A stretch of 64,000 nucleotides of DNA. It comes from Lytechinus pictus. Its lineage: Eukaryota. Under the pieces are notes generated by a model. It did no database searches, had not been told where the DNA came from, and saw nothing but the letters and a program-made list of their open reading frames with translations. Positions within the stretch are counted from its first letter, which is position 1. Every line of letters starts with the position of its first letter. A program made the position numbers and the translations under genes. Where the stretch lies: the NCBI RefSeq assembly GCF_037042905.1, contig NC_087252.1, positions 21,886,001 through 21,950,000 on the forward strand, written 5' to 3'. Positions 1 through 12,182 of the stretch are shown here, piece after piece.

Positions 1-1214
1 AGGGCTTATACGCAATAGTTAGAATGGAGTGGGCAAAACTATGGTCCAGGATAGAAGAGGCATAACCTTGTTTTTTTCATATATACAATATTTTTTATGG
101 TTTCTTGTCGATTCGAGGGTGCTGATTACGAATCTGAATGATGTCACTCGTGTAACCTTGAGTATTTTCCGCAAATTGGCAAAATCCAATACGACCGCCA
201 AAATATGCAAATTATCCATGAAAATCATAGAATTGCCCGCACATTGGCTATAAAATGCATGAAATTGTGAGGCAGGAGTAAAATGCTCTCTGATAAAATA
301 GTTTTCGACAAAATATTTATTTTCTGGATATTCAAAATTGCCACCATAGGCCCCTGTATACTCTATTGTGTACAATATGAATGGGGAAAACTAATTTTCA
401 CAAAAATGAGCACTAAAATGCAATAAATTGGGATCTATGAACGAAGTACTGTATGCAAATCATGATTACTCAAGTATGGAAACATTGCTGTATTTTAATA
501 TTTAAAATAGCCGCCACTAGCCCAAACAGTATTACAATGGCAATGGGGGCCCCAAAAAATAATCACAAGAGTGAGCACTAAAATGGATATTATTATGATA
601 AACGAGTGGAATACTGACTAAAAACATAATTGTTAACGAAATATATATATCAGCACCCTCAAATTGACAAGAAACCATCGAAATATTGTATATATAAAAA
701 AAACAAGGTTTAGTCATTTTCTACGGGGCCTATCCTGGACTACTAGGTAAAAAAAGGCCAATAAATAATTCAGTTTAGGAGGAAAATCGAATTCTGACCG
801 AGGTGATTTGAATAGAGATTGAGTAACAGCAAACTAATTCCCTTTGAACCAAGTTCAAAGCCCCCAGCAGAACTATGTCAGGCATGTACTTTGCTAAAGC
901 TTCCTTGTAAATGTGTACACAAAAAGATTCCGTGACTCCATTACGAACAGGTAGCATATAAAGGGGAATATTCCTTTGTGATAATAAGGATATTAGCTGC
1001 ATCTAGGTCTGGTAATATGAACAGTATATTTGATTCTTAGCTTTTCAGGCGCATGCAAAAGGAAATGGTGCAATATAATCATTAGCAACACTAGTCTTGC
1101 AAACATATTTACATAATATTGACTGGCCTTGAGGGAACATCAAATATGTCGCCTGCAACAGAATCATATTGGCCCGAGTCTTTAGACGAGGGCAATATGG
1201 TTCTTTTAAGGGCA

Positions 1215-2180
1215 ACAAGCATAAGGTTTTAAACATGAGGCTCGGGTTAGTTATAGGGTTTTTAAACATAAGGTTTTGATTGAGTATAAGGTTTCTAAGC
1301 ATAAGGTTTTGGTTGAATATAAGGTTTAAAGCGTAATGTTGTGGTTAAGCATAAGAATCGTAAGCATAAGGTTTAATGGTTAAGTACAAGGATTTTAGGC
1401 ATAAGATGCTGGTCAAGCATAAGGTTTTTTAACATAAAGTTTTGGACAAGCATAAGGTTTGAAAAGCATAAGGCTTTTAAGCATAAGGTTTGGTCAAGCA
1501 TTTATGTTTTGGTCAAGCATAATGTTTTAAGCATAAGGTTTCGGTTAGTTGTAAGGTTTTTAAGCATAAGGTTTCAGTTTAGTATAAGGTTTTTAAGCAT
1601 AAGGGTTTAGCATAAGTTTTTGGTAAGTATAAGGTTTTTTAGCATAAGGGTTTAGCATAAGGTTTTAAAGCATAAGTTTTCAGCGTAAGGGTTTTGGTAA
1701 GTATAAGGTTTCTAAGCATAAGTTTTTGTTAAGTATAAGGTATTTAAGCATAAGGTATTCAGCATAAGGTTTTTGTTAGGTATAAAGTTTTAAGCATAAG
1801 ATTTTTAGCCAAAAGTTTTTGTTAAATTTAAGATTTTTGAGCGTAAGCTCATGGTCAAGTATAAGTTTTTCGACAATGATAAGGTCAATGATAAGGTTTA
1901 TGAGCATAGGATTTTGGTCAAGTATAAGTTTGTTTAGCATAAGGCTTTGGTCATGTATATGGTTTTTAAGCCAAGGGCTTTCGTCAACGTATAAAGTTTT
2001 TTTATCATATGATTTTTAGCATAAGGTTTTGAAGCATAATGTTTTTAGCATTAGGTTTTTGTTTACGCATGATGTTTGTTTATACCTTAGGTATACTGAA
2101 GCAGTATGTTTTATGTAGGCATAAGGTTTCACATAATTGCAAGGTTTTCAGCAAAGGGCTTTGGTTAAGCATAACTATGC
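1215..2180. repeat. Degenerate minisatellite, ~15-20 bp unit (AAGCATAAGGTTTT..)
   Basis: Dozens of tandem variants of aagcataaggtttt/ggtt(a)agtataagg; boundaries approximate. Confidence 0.9.
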
Positions 2181-2199
2181 ATACTAGTAAATACATATG

Positions 2200-3700
2200 A
2201 TGTATATAGCGTCCTTTCGACTTTGATTAAATGCTCAAGGCGCTTAGAAGAGAGCAAAATATAAAAGGAAAGAGAACTAAGAGACGTACAATTAAGGGTA
2301 AATTACAAATGAGAAAAATGTCTGTCTTCAAACCTGGTACATGCTGTCGAATAAATGCAATTTTAGATTGCCCTTAAATGACGTTGCAGAGTTTGAGTTC
2401 TTCAGCTCCTGTGGTAATGAATTCCAAAGGGCTGGTCCGGGATGAGCAAGGGCTCGATCGCCCCAGGATTTTTTTAAATAGTGGAATATGTAAGAGAGTA
2501 GATTTGGATGATCGCAGTGTGCGTGCAGGTTGATAGTGGTGTATAAGAGACATGTTGTAATCGGATGCGGATCCATTGATGATATGATAAACCAAAAGAA
2601 GAATTTTGAAAACTATGCGATCCTTTATAGGTAACCAATGGAGGTATTTAAGAACAAGAGTGATGTGATCGTGTTTATTTGACAGAGAAACGATGCGAGT
2701 TGTTGAATTCTAAAGTTTTTGTAGTCGGGTAATTACAGAGTTAGGTATATTAAAGAAAAGACTATTACCAAAATCAAGACGTGAGGAGATGAGTGAGTGC
2801 ACAAGTTTCTCTGTTGCAGGACGAGTTAAATATCTTCGAACGAAACCAATGTTACGCAATTGACAGCGGACATATTTACAAATACCTTTGTCTTGATTTG
2901 ACATTGTCATTTGGGAATCGAGAATGACACCAACATTGCTGCATGAATCAGAGAGAGGAACATGATTACCGACAATGAAAATGGAGTCTGTGTTAAGTTT
3001 ACTTAATTGAGATTTGGAGCCAAAAAGCATGAACTCACATTTACTGTGATTCAGTTGCAGTGAATTTTATTTCATCCAGGTGTCAAAAGCAAAATGCAAT
3101 TTTCCAAAATGCGCAAAGCTTGGGAAGCTTAAATTTGGTCCGGTGGAAAAACAGACAAAAACCTGTAAATCATCGGCATAAATATGGTAATGAATAGGGT
3201 GATTTTGAAAAATATGGCGAAGACCGCGTAGGTAAATTGAAAATAAGGTCGGCCCGCCTACAGAGCCCTGCGGTACTCCACAACCTAATGACCGTGAGGA
3301 GGGTGTGAGACCGTCAAGAACGACAGACTGTGAATGATATGATAGGTAAGATCTAAACCATTTAAGATCCTGGTCCTGGATACCTAAGCTTGCAAGAGTA
3401 TTTACAAGTATCTTGTGATCTACTGTATCGAAGGCCGAAGACAGATCTAATAGGACCATTGCTGTATCAGATCCAGAGTTCATTTTCTGCAATATAAAAC
3501 TAGAAACGTTTATGAGTAGAATCTCAACACTATGATGAGGTCGATAAGCCGACTGAAAAGGGTCAAGTCAATTGTTTTCTAACAAATATTCGTGCAATCT
3601 AGTGAACACAACATTCTCACGGATCTTAAACAGAAAGGGAAGATTGCAAACCGGACGATAGTAATGATGGTGGTACACAATAGACGCATAAAACTTAAGG
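2200..3700 (-). mobile_element. Degenerate L2/CR1-group LINE, RT domain plus 3' tail
   Basis: Fragmented ORFs 3067..3492 (LLDLSSAFDTVDH, GVPQGSVGGPTLF, YADD), 2710..3030 (SSRLDFGNSL) and 2328..2576 (LWNSLPQEL); 3' tail agcgccttgagca..cgctata at ~2200-2245 (minus). Confidence 0.85.
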
Positions 3701-4554
3701 GTCTCTATGCGTTTGGAAAAGCGTGAAATGTGTTTGGAATCGTAGACAAAGAATTTAGTTGGAATTAAAACATTAAATATGCATAAACAAAATAATAAAA
3801 TATTAAACATTGTTCCTACCTTAATTGAACATTCTCAAAGAGGTGGGCATTTAATGAAACATAACGTTACCAGATTTGGGGTAATATAATATTTCGTCAG
3901 GGGAGAGAATTCCTTTGTGCTGAATCAGAGCTTCAACTCGCGTGAGGATAGAACGCCTAATGAACTCCTGTGCATGCTTCATTTGTATACTATTTATTCA
4001 TTTTATTTATTGATATGTTCATATTCCACAAATCCTCAAAAGTACATTTCATAATAAATCATTTCTACAATGAAAAGAATAAGATGCATCATCTGCATAA
4101 CATTATGTAGGGTTGAAACTTGAAACGTACCAATGAAATGAAAAAAAAAGTGAAAGGGCCTACTGGAAAGCAAAGCTTGTAAGATGTAGACCCCCTATCA
4201 AAATGTTATACAAGGGTAATATGATATAAGTAGAGTAAAATAATCTGCAAAATTCTGTAAATTTATATAGACATAAACACTGAAACACGAATGTATATAC
4301 ACTATATACAAAATGAAATGTTGACTTCAAAATAATCAGCACTACCGTGGATAAGTATAAAGTTAACAAAATATTTGATTGAATTAGTAAGAGTTCAGAA
4401 GAAATCTTTTGATGAGTAATTTAAATCGGTGCAGATTGGATGCCTCTTTTATTACTCTGTTCAAAGAATAGTCGATTTGACAGTCCCATAGGTTCAATAC
4501 ACCAACCTAGAAATGTTCTTTCCGATGAAGATTTTTTCTTCAAACGTGTTCCTA

Positions 4555-5480
4555 TGGGGTCCTAGACCAAATTCAGCTTGGTTGCCCAAAGTTGCCGTTT
4601 GGGCAATTTTGCTAATTTGCATAAATCCAAAATGGCCGCCAGATGCCACCTTAAAGACTTAACTTTTGAACCCCTTGACCCCAAATGATGAGTAAAGACT
4701 CTTTTTAGAGGTTTAGGGGGATGTAGAATCGATTTATTTTATATTTTTTGCAATATAAGGTCATCTTTAGGTCAAATCCAAGATGGCCGCCAGATGCCAT
4801 CTTGAAAAATTGACTTTTGATCTCCTTGCCCCAGAATGACGAGTAATACCTCTGTTTAGGGGTTTTGGGGTGTGTAGAATCTCTTTCCGCTATCTATTTT
4901 GCAATACAATGTCATCTTCAGGTCAAATCCAAGATGGCCGCCAGATGACGCCATTTTGAAAAAAATAACTTTTGAACCCTTTGTCCAAGAATCATGAATA
5001 ATACCTCTTTTCGTGAGTTATTTGATATGTTGATTCCATTTCTGGTAATAATTTTGCAATATAGGATAATTCAGATAAAAAAAAGATGGCCGCTAAACGC
5101 CATATTGAAAAAACTACTTCCCGAGACTATTGAACTTTGAACCTTGAAGATACTCTCCCCAAAAAGTACACGTTGTCCTAAAAAGGGTTACTATTATGTG
5201 TAGGAGCTCATGGAAGGGTATTTCAGTAAAAATTATTCATTTCTTTTAATTTCTCCATTTTTAGTGGTCAAGTCAGGTCTCAGATGGTCAGATGGTTGAT
5301 ATATTTCGGCATTAAGCGCTCACCTTAGAATGAAACCATTCAAGGTTTGGGCTATGACCCATTTCGGGAGTTCTCATAATTTTTTTTTTGTCCAGCCATA
5401 TTTTTCTATTGAAAGGACTTAAAAGTATTATTTTTTATTAAAAAGTGATTTATCCGTATTTTTTTCAGAAAATTGGTTAA
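4555..5480. repeat. Repeat with ~4 internal copies of CAAATCCAAGATGGCCGCCAGATG; probable non-autonomous DNA transposon relic
   Basis: Motif near 4622, 4773, 4923 and 5085 at ~150 bp spacing; no ORF; boundaries uncertain. Confidence 0.5.
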
Positions 5481-5509
5481 CTTATTACCTTCCTTTATAA
5501 TAATCATTG

Positions 5510-5835
5510 GACTTTTCGTCCTGACAAAAGCCTTTGACTTGGTCAGCACGAGCGTACTTTTTAGCCTCCTGTAGAAGATAGGCTCCCCAAGACTGATCCA
5601 TGGTCACATCATTACATGAGCACAGTTTGCTACAATGCTGGAACATCTGGTAGCTTCCCTCAATTCCTGTGAGCAGTGGCGTGAAGCAATTATGCTGCGC
5701 CTGGCCCTGACACTCATTGGGATCTTCTTCTTCATGCTTCCTCAGTATGCATTTGGCGGATGCACAGAAGGCATCTACATGTATATCCGTACCAGAGCAG
5801 ATGGGAAACTCTTCAACATCGACCGACTGGTACAT
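5510..5835 (+). mobile_element. RTE-clade LINE reverse transcriptase fragment
   Basis: LTKAFDLVS-like motif near 5520; LALTLIGIFF..YAF..GIYMYIRTRADGKLFN in ORF 5635..5853 is RTE-like; frameshifted. Confidence 0.7.
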
Positions 5836-5930
5836 GAATTGGAATATTTGTAAGCGGTACAGGTCACTGACTTTAATAACACGTTTCTGACGAAACCATT
5901 CATCCGTATGAGCTCTAAATGAAATATTTA

Positions 5931-7080
5931 TCAGTACTCTTTTCTGAAGTTGAAGACTTTCTTGAGTTTCGTTTGAGAGGCATTTCCCCTTGCCAGAATT
6001 CTATAATTAAGATATGGTAGCATTATTGCACAATACAACATGGATAGTGCCTGTGCTGGAAGAAAGTTTTTAAGCTTATTGATGACTCCAATATTTCTTG
6101 TCACAATTTTGCAAATATTGTTGATATGAGCATTCCACGTAAGTTTGTTATCAATAGTAAGACCTAAACATTTTATTGCTTGCATTTCTTTGACTTCAGT
6201 ATTGTCTAAAAGAATTTGATGCGGCAGATGTTTCAATGAATGATAAAAAAAAAACATACAATTCGCTTTCTTTTGCAGATTCAAAGACAATTTGTTGGCT
6301 TTAATTCAGTTTGTTACTTTTTTATTGTGCATTCATAGTGCTCAAAAGTGAATGGGGTCATGGTGTGTGTAAAAAATCTTGAAATCATCAACAAAGAGAA
6401 TAAATGAGAGATGAATCTTTCATATCATTAACATAAAGTACAAATAGCAAAGGGCCAAGAATAATACCTTGTGGAATTCCACAGAGAACTGGCCTTGTTG
6501 GAGATTCTGATTCATTTACGATAACAAACTGAATTATCTCAGTAAGGTAACTCCTAAACCATTGTAAAGCTGTCCCTCTGATACCGTAATTTGATAGCTT
6601 GCATAATAGTATTTCATGATCTAAGTCGAGGAAAAACCATACGGTATGATCGATCAGAATTGTCAAAAGAAGTAGATATTTTATTTATTAATACGGTTAA
6701 TATAGCATGAGTTGCATTATGTTTTACTCTAAAACCGAATTGATTATCACATAATAATACTATATTTCTTAAGGAAAGCAACTGTCCTTTTATAAATTAT
6801 CCTTCCAAGATTTTTTTAGAACGAAGTTAACAAAGATATTGGGCGGTAATTACTAGTAATTAATATATCTCCCTTTTTGAAAATGGGTATAACTTAAGCT
6901 ATTTGCATCTTCCTTGGGACCTGGCCAAGCTGCAATGATAGATTTAATATATGAAGCAGAGGATCAGCAAGAGAATGTATAATATGTTTTCACAACTCTT
7001 TTTGTAATGCCATCAAAACCAGGAGTCTTTTCTGCCTTCAAATTGAATACAATCTGAAGTAATTCTTGTCTATTGAGGTA
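5931..7080 (-). mobile_element. Degenerate CR1/L2-group LINE RT fragment
   Basis: NYRPISLL near 6830-6855; KLSNYGIRGTALQWFRSYL and CGIPQGIILGPLLFVLYVND (6388..6666); LGLTIDNKLTWNAHI (5931..6290). Confidence 0.85.
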
Positions 7081-7364
7081 CCTTATGTTTAAATACTTAT
7101 GTTAGATATTTAATTTGATCTTTGATACACTATGTTTACGAATACATTTGTTATGTATATTATGTTATTTGTTCTAAAAGTGGAATCAATAAATGAATGA
7201 ATAAGAAAGATTGAACTTTGTTTATCCAAAAAGTCCTTAAACGAATTTTCTACAGGCATAATATTTCCAGCTAACCAATTTGAGAGAAATATGTATTAAA
7301 TTAATTTGCTATAAAATGAATATCTTCAACCATATTTCCATCTACTCATTTATTAACAGCACTA

Positions 7365-7530
7365 GATGATGACAATGATGATGGTGATGATGATGATGAT
7401 ACGGCTGCTGATGATGATGAAAATAACAATGATGATAATGATGGTGATTATGATAATGTTGATGATGATGATGATGACGCTGATGCTGAAGGAAATGATA
7501 ATGATGTTGATGGTGACGATAGTGATGATA
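7365..7530. repeat. (GAT)n microsatellite
   Basis: Degenerate GAT repeats; shorter homologues at ~22760, ~35330 and ~51360. Confidence 0.9.
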
Positions 7531-7804
7531 AAATAAAGAAATAAACATTGTAATATGCGTGTGAGAGAGTGAGAAAAAGACTATAGGAACCCTATTCTGA
7601 ACTCGTGTTCGCTTTATAACTCTGGCCTAATTGTGTGGTTTAACTATGGATAGCCAATTGTGACACCAATCTCTTGCATTACAGGTTCATTCCATTAGTA
7701 CATTTGACATTCAAATCATTTATAACTCTATGGGAATGGCGAATAAAGGAATGACAAAAAAACCCGCTGTAAACATAAGAAACATGCGATGTGAACGTAA
7801 TTTT

Positions 7805-8309
7805 CGCATACATTCGTAATTCCGAAGCTTCGTTATTCCGAAGGTTCGGGTATTCCGAAGGTTCGTTATTCCGAAGGTTCGTATTCCGAAGGTTCGTAAT
7901 TCCGAAGGTTCGTTAGTCCGAAAACGAAATGAGGTTTGTTATTCCGAAGGTTCGTTAATCCGAAAAAGAAATGAGGTTCGTAATTCCGAAGGTTCGTTAG
8001 TCCGAAAACTAAATGACTAACTAACCTTATTTCGTTTTCGGACTAACGAACCTTCGGAAAACGAACCTTATTTTATTTTCGGATTAACGAACCTTCGGAA
8101 CATCGAACCTTATTTCGTTTTCGGATTATCGAACCTTCGGAATAACGAATCTTCGGAATAACGCCACAAATGTTCGGATTAACGAACCCTTTAACGTTTT
8201 CGGATTAACGAACATCGAGGTATAGGCAATTTACGTGTTTCGGAATTACGAACCTTCGGAATAAAGAACCTTCGGAATTACGAATCTTCGGAATTACGAA
8301 GTGTAACCA
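7805..8309. mobile_element. Palindromic MITE built of TTCCGAAGGTTCGTTA repeats
   Basis: Left arm cattcgtaattccgaag.. is the inverse of right arm ..cttcggaattacgaagtg; flanked by aatttt; absent at the homologous sites downstream of A2-A4 (e.g. ~23075). Confidence 0.8.
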
Positions 8310-8666
8310 AAATTTTGACATGCTCCACAAAATAAGCTCGCCTTCAGAAAATGGACTAATGTGTGCCTGTGCGAGTGGAGGCAAGGGTAATGGTCACTGC
8401 TTCAGGTCACCACATAACACCGATTTAAGTCACCAAAAATATATCTGAGTTTTTACCAGAAAACTTTGTGTCCGAACATCGTTTAACAAACCAAGATATC
8501 ATGGCATTAATTCGCCACAGAGCTCGATGACAAATTGTGATTGCGTGCTGATTTTTTATCTTCTATCTTAACAAAGTATGTGTCGAACTACATGTAACAG
8601 TCAAATAAGTTCTGCAATAAATGTTCGAACTACATATGGTAGTAAACCGTGTTTCTGTATCTTATC

Positions 8667-8966
8667 CTAGCAACGACAAGACCGGATAGGGTGGCAGAGC
8701 AAACCAACTACGGTTTTCCTAAAGAGCGGTTGGGAGATGACATAACAAATCGGATTGAGTAGACCGTTGACGTAAACGAACCAAATAGAACTATAAGACC
8801 AGACGCGTAGCCTCCGATAGGCGAAAGTTGGGTCGATTGTGTAGACAATCGACAAAAGAGACATTGGGAACCACGTGATAAAGAAAGCCATGACTATGAA
8901 GAGTAGAGTCTTGGTGGCGCTTCGAACCTCTGAGGCCGACTCACGATTTGCAGCTTTCTGAACTCC
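8667..8966 (-). CDS. Class A GPCR gene A1, exon 2 (TM6-TM7, C-tail)
   Basis: Acceptor ttttttctag|GGA; GVQKAANRESASEVRSATKTLLFIVMAFFITWFP..NGLLNPICY..CRC*; phase 0. Confidence 0.9.
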   Translation of the reverse strand, partial: GVQKAANRESASEVRSATKTLLFIVMAFFITWFPMSLLSIVYTIDPTFAYRRLRVWSYSSIWFVYVNGLLNPICYVISQPLFRKTVVGLLCHPIRSCRC

Positions 8967-9880
8967 CTAGAAAAAAGGCAGTTGTAAGTGAATAAAATTA
9001 ATGAAGCACCTTAACAAAATATTCAGTCAAGTTCTCAATAAATTAAACGATGAAAACCCAAGTAAATATATAATATATAATTATTTGAATAAAGAAAGAA
9101 ATCAACATTTGCGACACCTACCATAGTCCGAGCAGACGTCCAGATAAATTTCAACAAGAATATGACAACTAAACAATTATAAGATATGAGAAAGTGCTAT
9201 CCATTATCCCCGATCGAATTGTCTTGAGACATCGAGGAGAATTATTGTGGTATTTTTCTTGGCACTGTTGGTAAGAGCACAATAAACCATTTAATATTTA
9301 ATCATGGTGACTTGTGGGGCAATCGCTCATAACTTTATGATAGTGGCATTCATCTACTCCCTCTATGCAGACATGGCTTTTTGCGTAGTTTTCTTCATTA
9401 TCGTCACTAATTTTATCCCATTTTTGTATAAAATGTCCGTATCCATCAAAGTACATAATGTGAATGTATTGGAACTGATTTTTAACTAACGACAATTCAA
9501 CTCTTTACAGGCAACTTTGGTTTTGGTTAACGCAATAGTTGCGATTTTTCTCACCGCCAGGCAGAACGAATTCTAGAAACACATTAAATGTATTGAAAAT
9601 GTCCGTCGAATGTCAATGAATAGCTGCGAGGTCTTTGCCGACAATTGGTGAACGGGAACAGCAGTTCGTCCTCAGTTTCGGAGCTGACGGAAAATTGAAA
9701 ATATGTCGTTTATCCAGAGTCAAGGACGAAACTGCCGTTTTGATTCACCGATTTTTGACAAATATTTCTTGGTTGCTCATTATTATGAATGGCATTTGAC
9801 AATACATCTTCTATGTTATTGAAAGCGTTCCCTCGTGACTACACCTAACGGAACAGAGAAGAGAGGGGTGTGCTACTTAC

Positions 9881-10666
9881 ATATATTGTCTTTACTTGAG
9901 GGCGCTGTTTATTTTCATTGACATCATCTTCCGCTAGGCCTTGATCTGACACTGTGGTGTCTTCGGTAAACTCCTGGTCGATGTGCTTTCCACCGGCGAT
10001 CCCTCGAATCTTTATGAAGATCCGTACGTAGAGAATCAACGTTATGGTGAAAGGGATGATGAAGCGGATCAGCACGGTCGAGAAATGGGCGATTGGGAAC
10101 ACAGAATACCAGTGAAGACACTCTGAACCAAGCCGAAACTGCAGGAAATAGTCAGGAACTGTCGAGAATGAGAACCAGAAAACAAGAGAAACTATCCATA
10201 TGCAGATGTTGGTGTAAAGCGCCGTTCGCTTTCTTCGTCTTGTGAAATGTCCGATGGGATCGTAGATTGCCCGGTGTCTGTCAACGCAGATGGTGACGAT
10301 GATCAGGTTAGATACGAACTGGATGCTGTTGCTGACACCGTAGAACACATTGCACCTAACCGGGAATGGAAAGGGCAGACGCCCAAGGTACATGTGTAAG
10401 CATGTAATGACGAGAAAAAACCCGAAGATAAAGTCCGAGAGAGTGAGGTTTATGATGAAGTAGTTGTTGTAGCCACGCAGCCGTTTCTCGACGGCAAAGG
10501 CGGCCAGGCTGATACCATTGATCGCAATCATAATGAACACGAAAAACAGGAGTAACAACGCAATTCCCCGATTTCCATCAGGTTCTGTACCTACTTCTGT
10601 AAGTTCTGTACCTGCTATTTCTGTTTGTTCTTGAAGTAACTCAGTTGTATTGCCTTCAGCGTCCAT
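9881..10666 (-). CDS. Class A GPCR gene A1, exon 1 (N-term-TM5); histamine H3/muscarinic-like orphan, ~361 aa spliced
   Basis: TM1 Asn (ING), NNYFIINLTLSDF, C3.25, DRH, W4.50, FIIPF; donor TAT|GTAAGT at 9880; 786 nt. Confidence 0.92.
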
Positions 10667-12182
10667 GGTCGATTATGACTCTGTGATCTGACAAGTACGC
10701 TTCCTGGTTTAAAAAATATCTTCTAGAGACGTTTGTAAGATACCCTTGTAGGTCTTTGGCCACTTTGGTCTGATCTAATTTCCCAATTGCTGCACAACTC
10801 TATTTAACACATATTTGCAGTCACGCCAATTACACGCACCGTTCTTGTGATAGGCAACATTATTTCTTCTCAACTGATAAAGGTTTTACATTAAATTTCA
10901 ACTAAGTGCATTTAGTATCGTCATAATTCAAAAATTCATTTAATTTAAAGCTCTTATTGAAAATTTAGTAAAACTTAACCTATCGATTTGATGACAAAGA
11001 GAGAGGAACCCACACTGGCAAATCTTGAACAGATAGAAAAAGAAAGAGTGGGGGAGGAGGATGAGAGGAAGAGAGAGCGAGAGATAAAGAGATAGAGATG
11101 GGGATGAAAGCAATGAATTAATGTAATTTTAGAACCGATAAAGATCTTGACAATTGAGCGTTGTATTAAATAAAATTTGTTTCCGGCACCGTTTACACAA
11201 ATATTTACAATCAATTGAAAAAAAGTAATAATAATACAACGCCGAAACGAGAACACGGTCGCAATAGTATAATGATCAACATACGCACCATGATGATTAT
11301 CAAGCTATGAACATTTTTTTTTTGAACGTTTTTGTTATTTGAAATTGATCACAAATCTTTGCGTTACCGTCACCATAGCGTGTTCTTTGGCCAAGCGAAA
11401 AATCGATCTCTCCGTGGATAAGAAAAATGATAAGAAACAAGGCATTTCGTAGACCGTTAGTTTCTACTTTTGGAAAAGAGATTGATTTTTAATGTTGTAT
11501 TAGGACATTATTTCGCTCACTAAAAAACTAGGACAACCTCATTTTAGATTGGCAACACTAATATTCAAGTATGCTCAGTGTATCATACATTAAGGTTGAG
11601 AATATTCTCTTGATATTTCCTGTGGTAACTAAGAATACAAACTTTAAATTGTAAAGAATATAATCAATATCACCCAACTGAATATGTTCTAGTTCTGAAT
11701 CATCTCTTTTACAGTTAATAAAAGATCTCTAAACTTTCTGATCTTAAAGTAGTGGTGTTGCCTTTTGAAGATTGAGGGAAAAGAGGAAAAGTGTTACTAT
11801 TGATGTTTTCAGAACGACTTAGTATTTTCGTTTAGAATTGATTGATCTTCATCTTGATTTCGTTGAGGCATATATTTGTTAAAAAGTAATATTATTAGCA
11901 CGTGATCAGAGTTTCTCAATTAAAAACAAATACCTTGAATTTGAACTGATTTATGCTTTCAAATCATGTCATAAAAAATGAATAATTACCTTTATAACTT
12001 ATTATAGAACAATGATTTAAATTGGTCAGGGGTGTAACAGGAGGGGGGGGGGGGGGGCAAGAGCAAAAAAAATCCCGGCCATGAACAGGCAGTGGCGTAA
12101 TGAGGCAAAAAAGTTGAGGGGGAAGATATGGCACTATATATAAATGCACACACACACACACATAATTATATATATAATATAT

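Noticed and set aside
43-742. Short inverted match gtccaggatag/ctatcctggac as possible MITE ends
   Set aside because: Only ~11 bp, no clear TSD, no second copy, and at the window edge
9555-9572. Possible 18-nt in-frame microexon in the A1 intron (ctag..|gtgaga)
   Set aside because: Acceptor not conserved in A2-A4; not needed for a complete 7TM protein
9845-9880. ORF-track C-terminal extensions of exon 1 (VSSTPL.., VSIH), suggesting 5-TM proteins
   Set aside because: They are read-through into the intron past consensus GTAAGT/GTGAGT donors; a weaker in-phase donor 15 nt upstream in A cannot be excluded
10770-10810. Putative TTAAATA/TAATT/CCAAT promoter motifs upstream of the A genes
   Set aside because: Short motifs in AT-rich DNA; conservation is explained by recent duplication; TSS unknown
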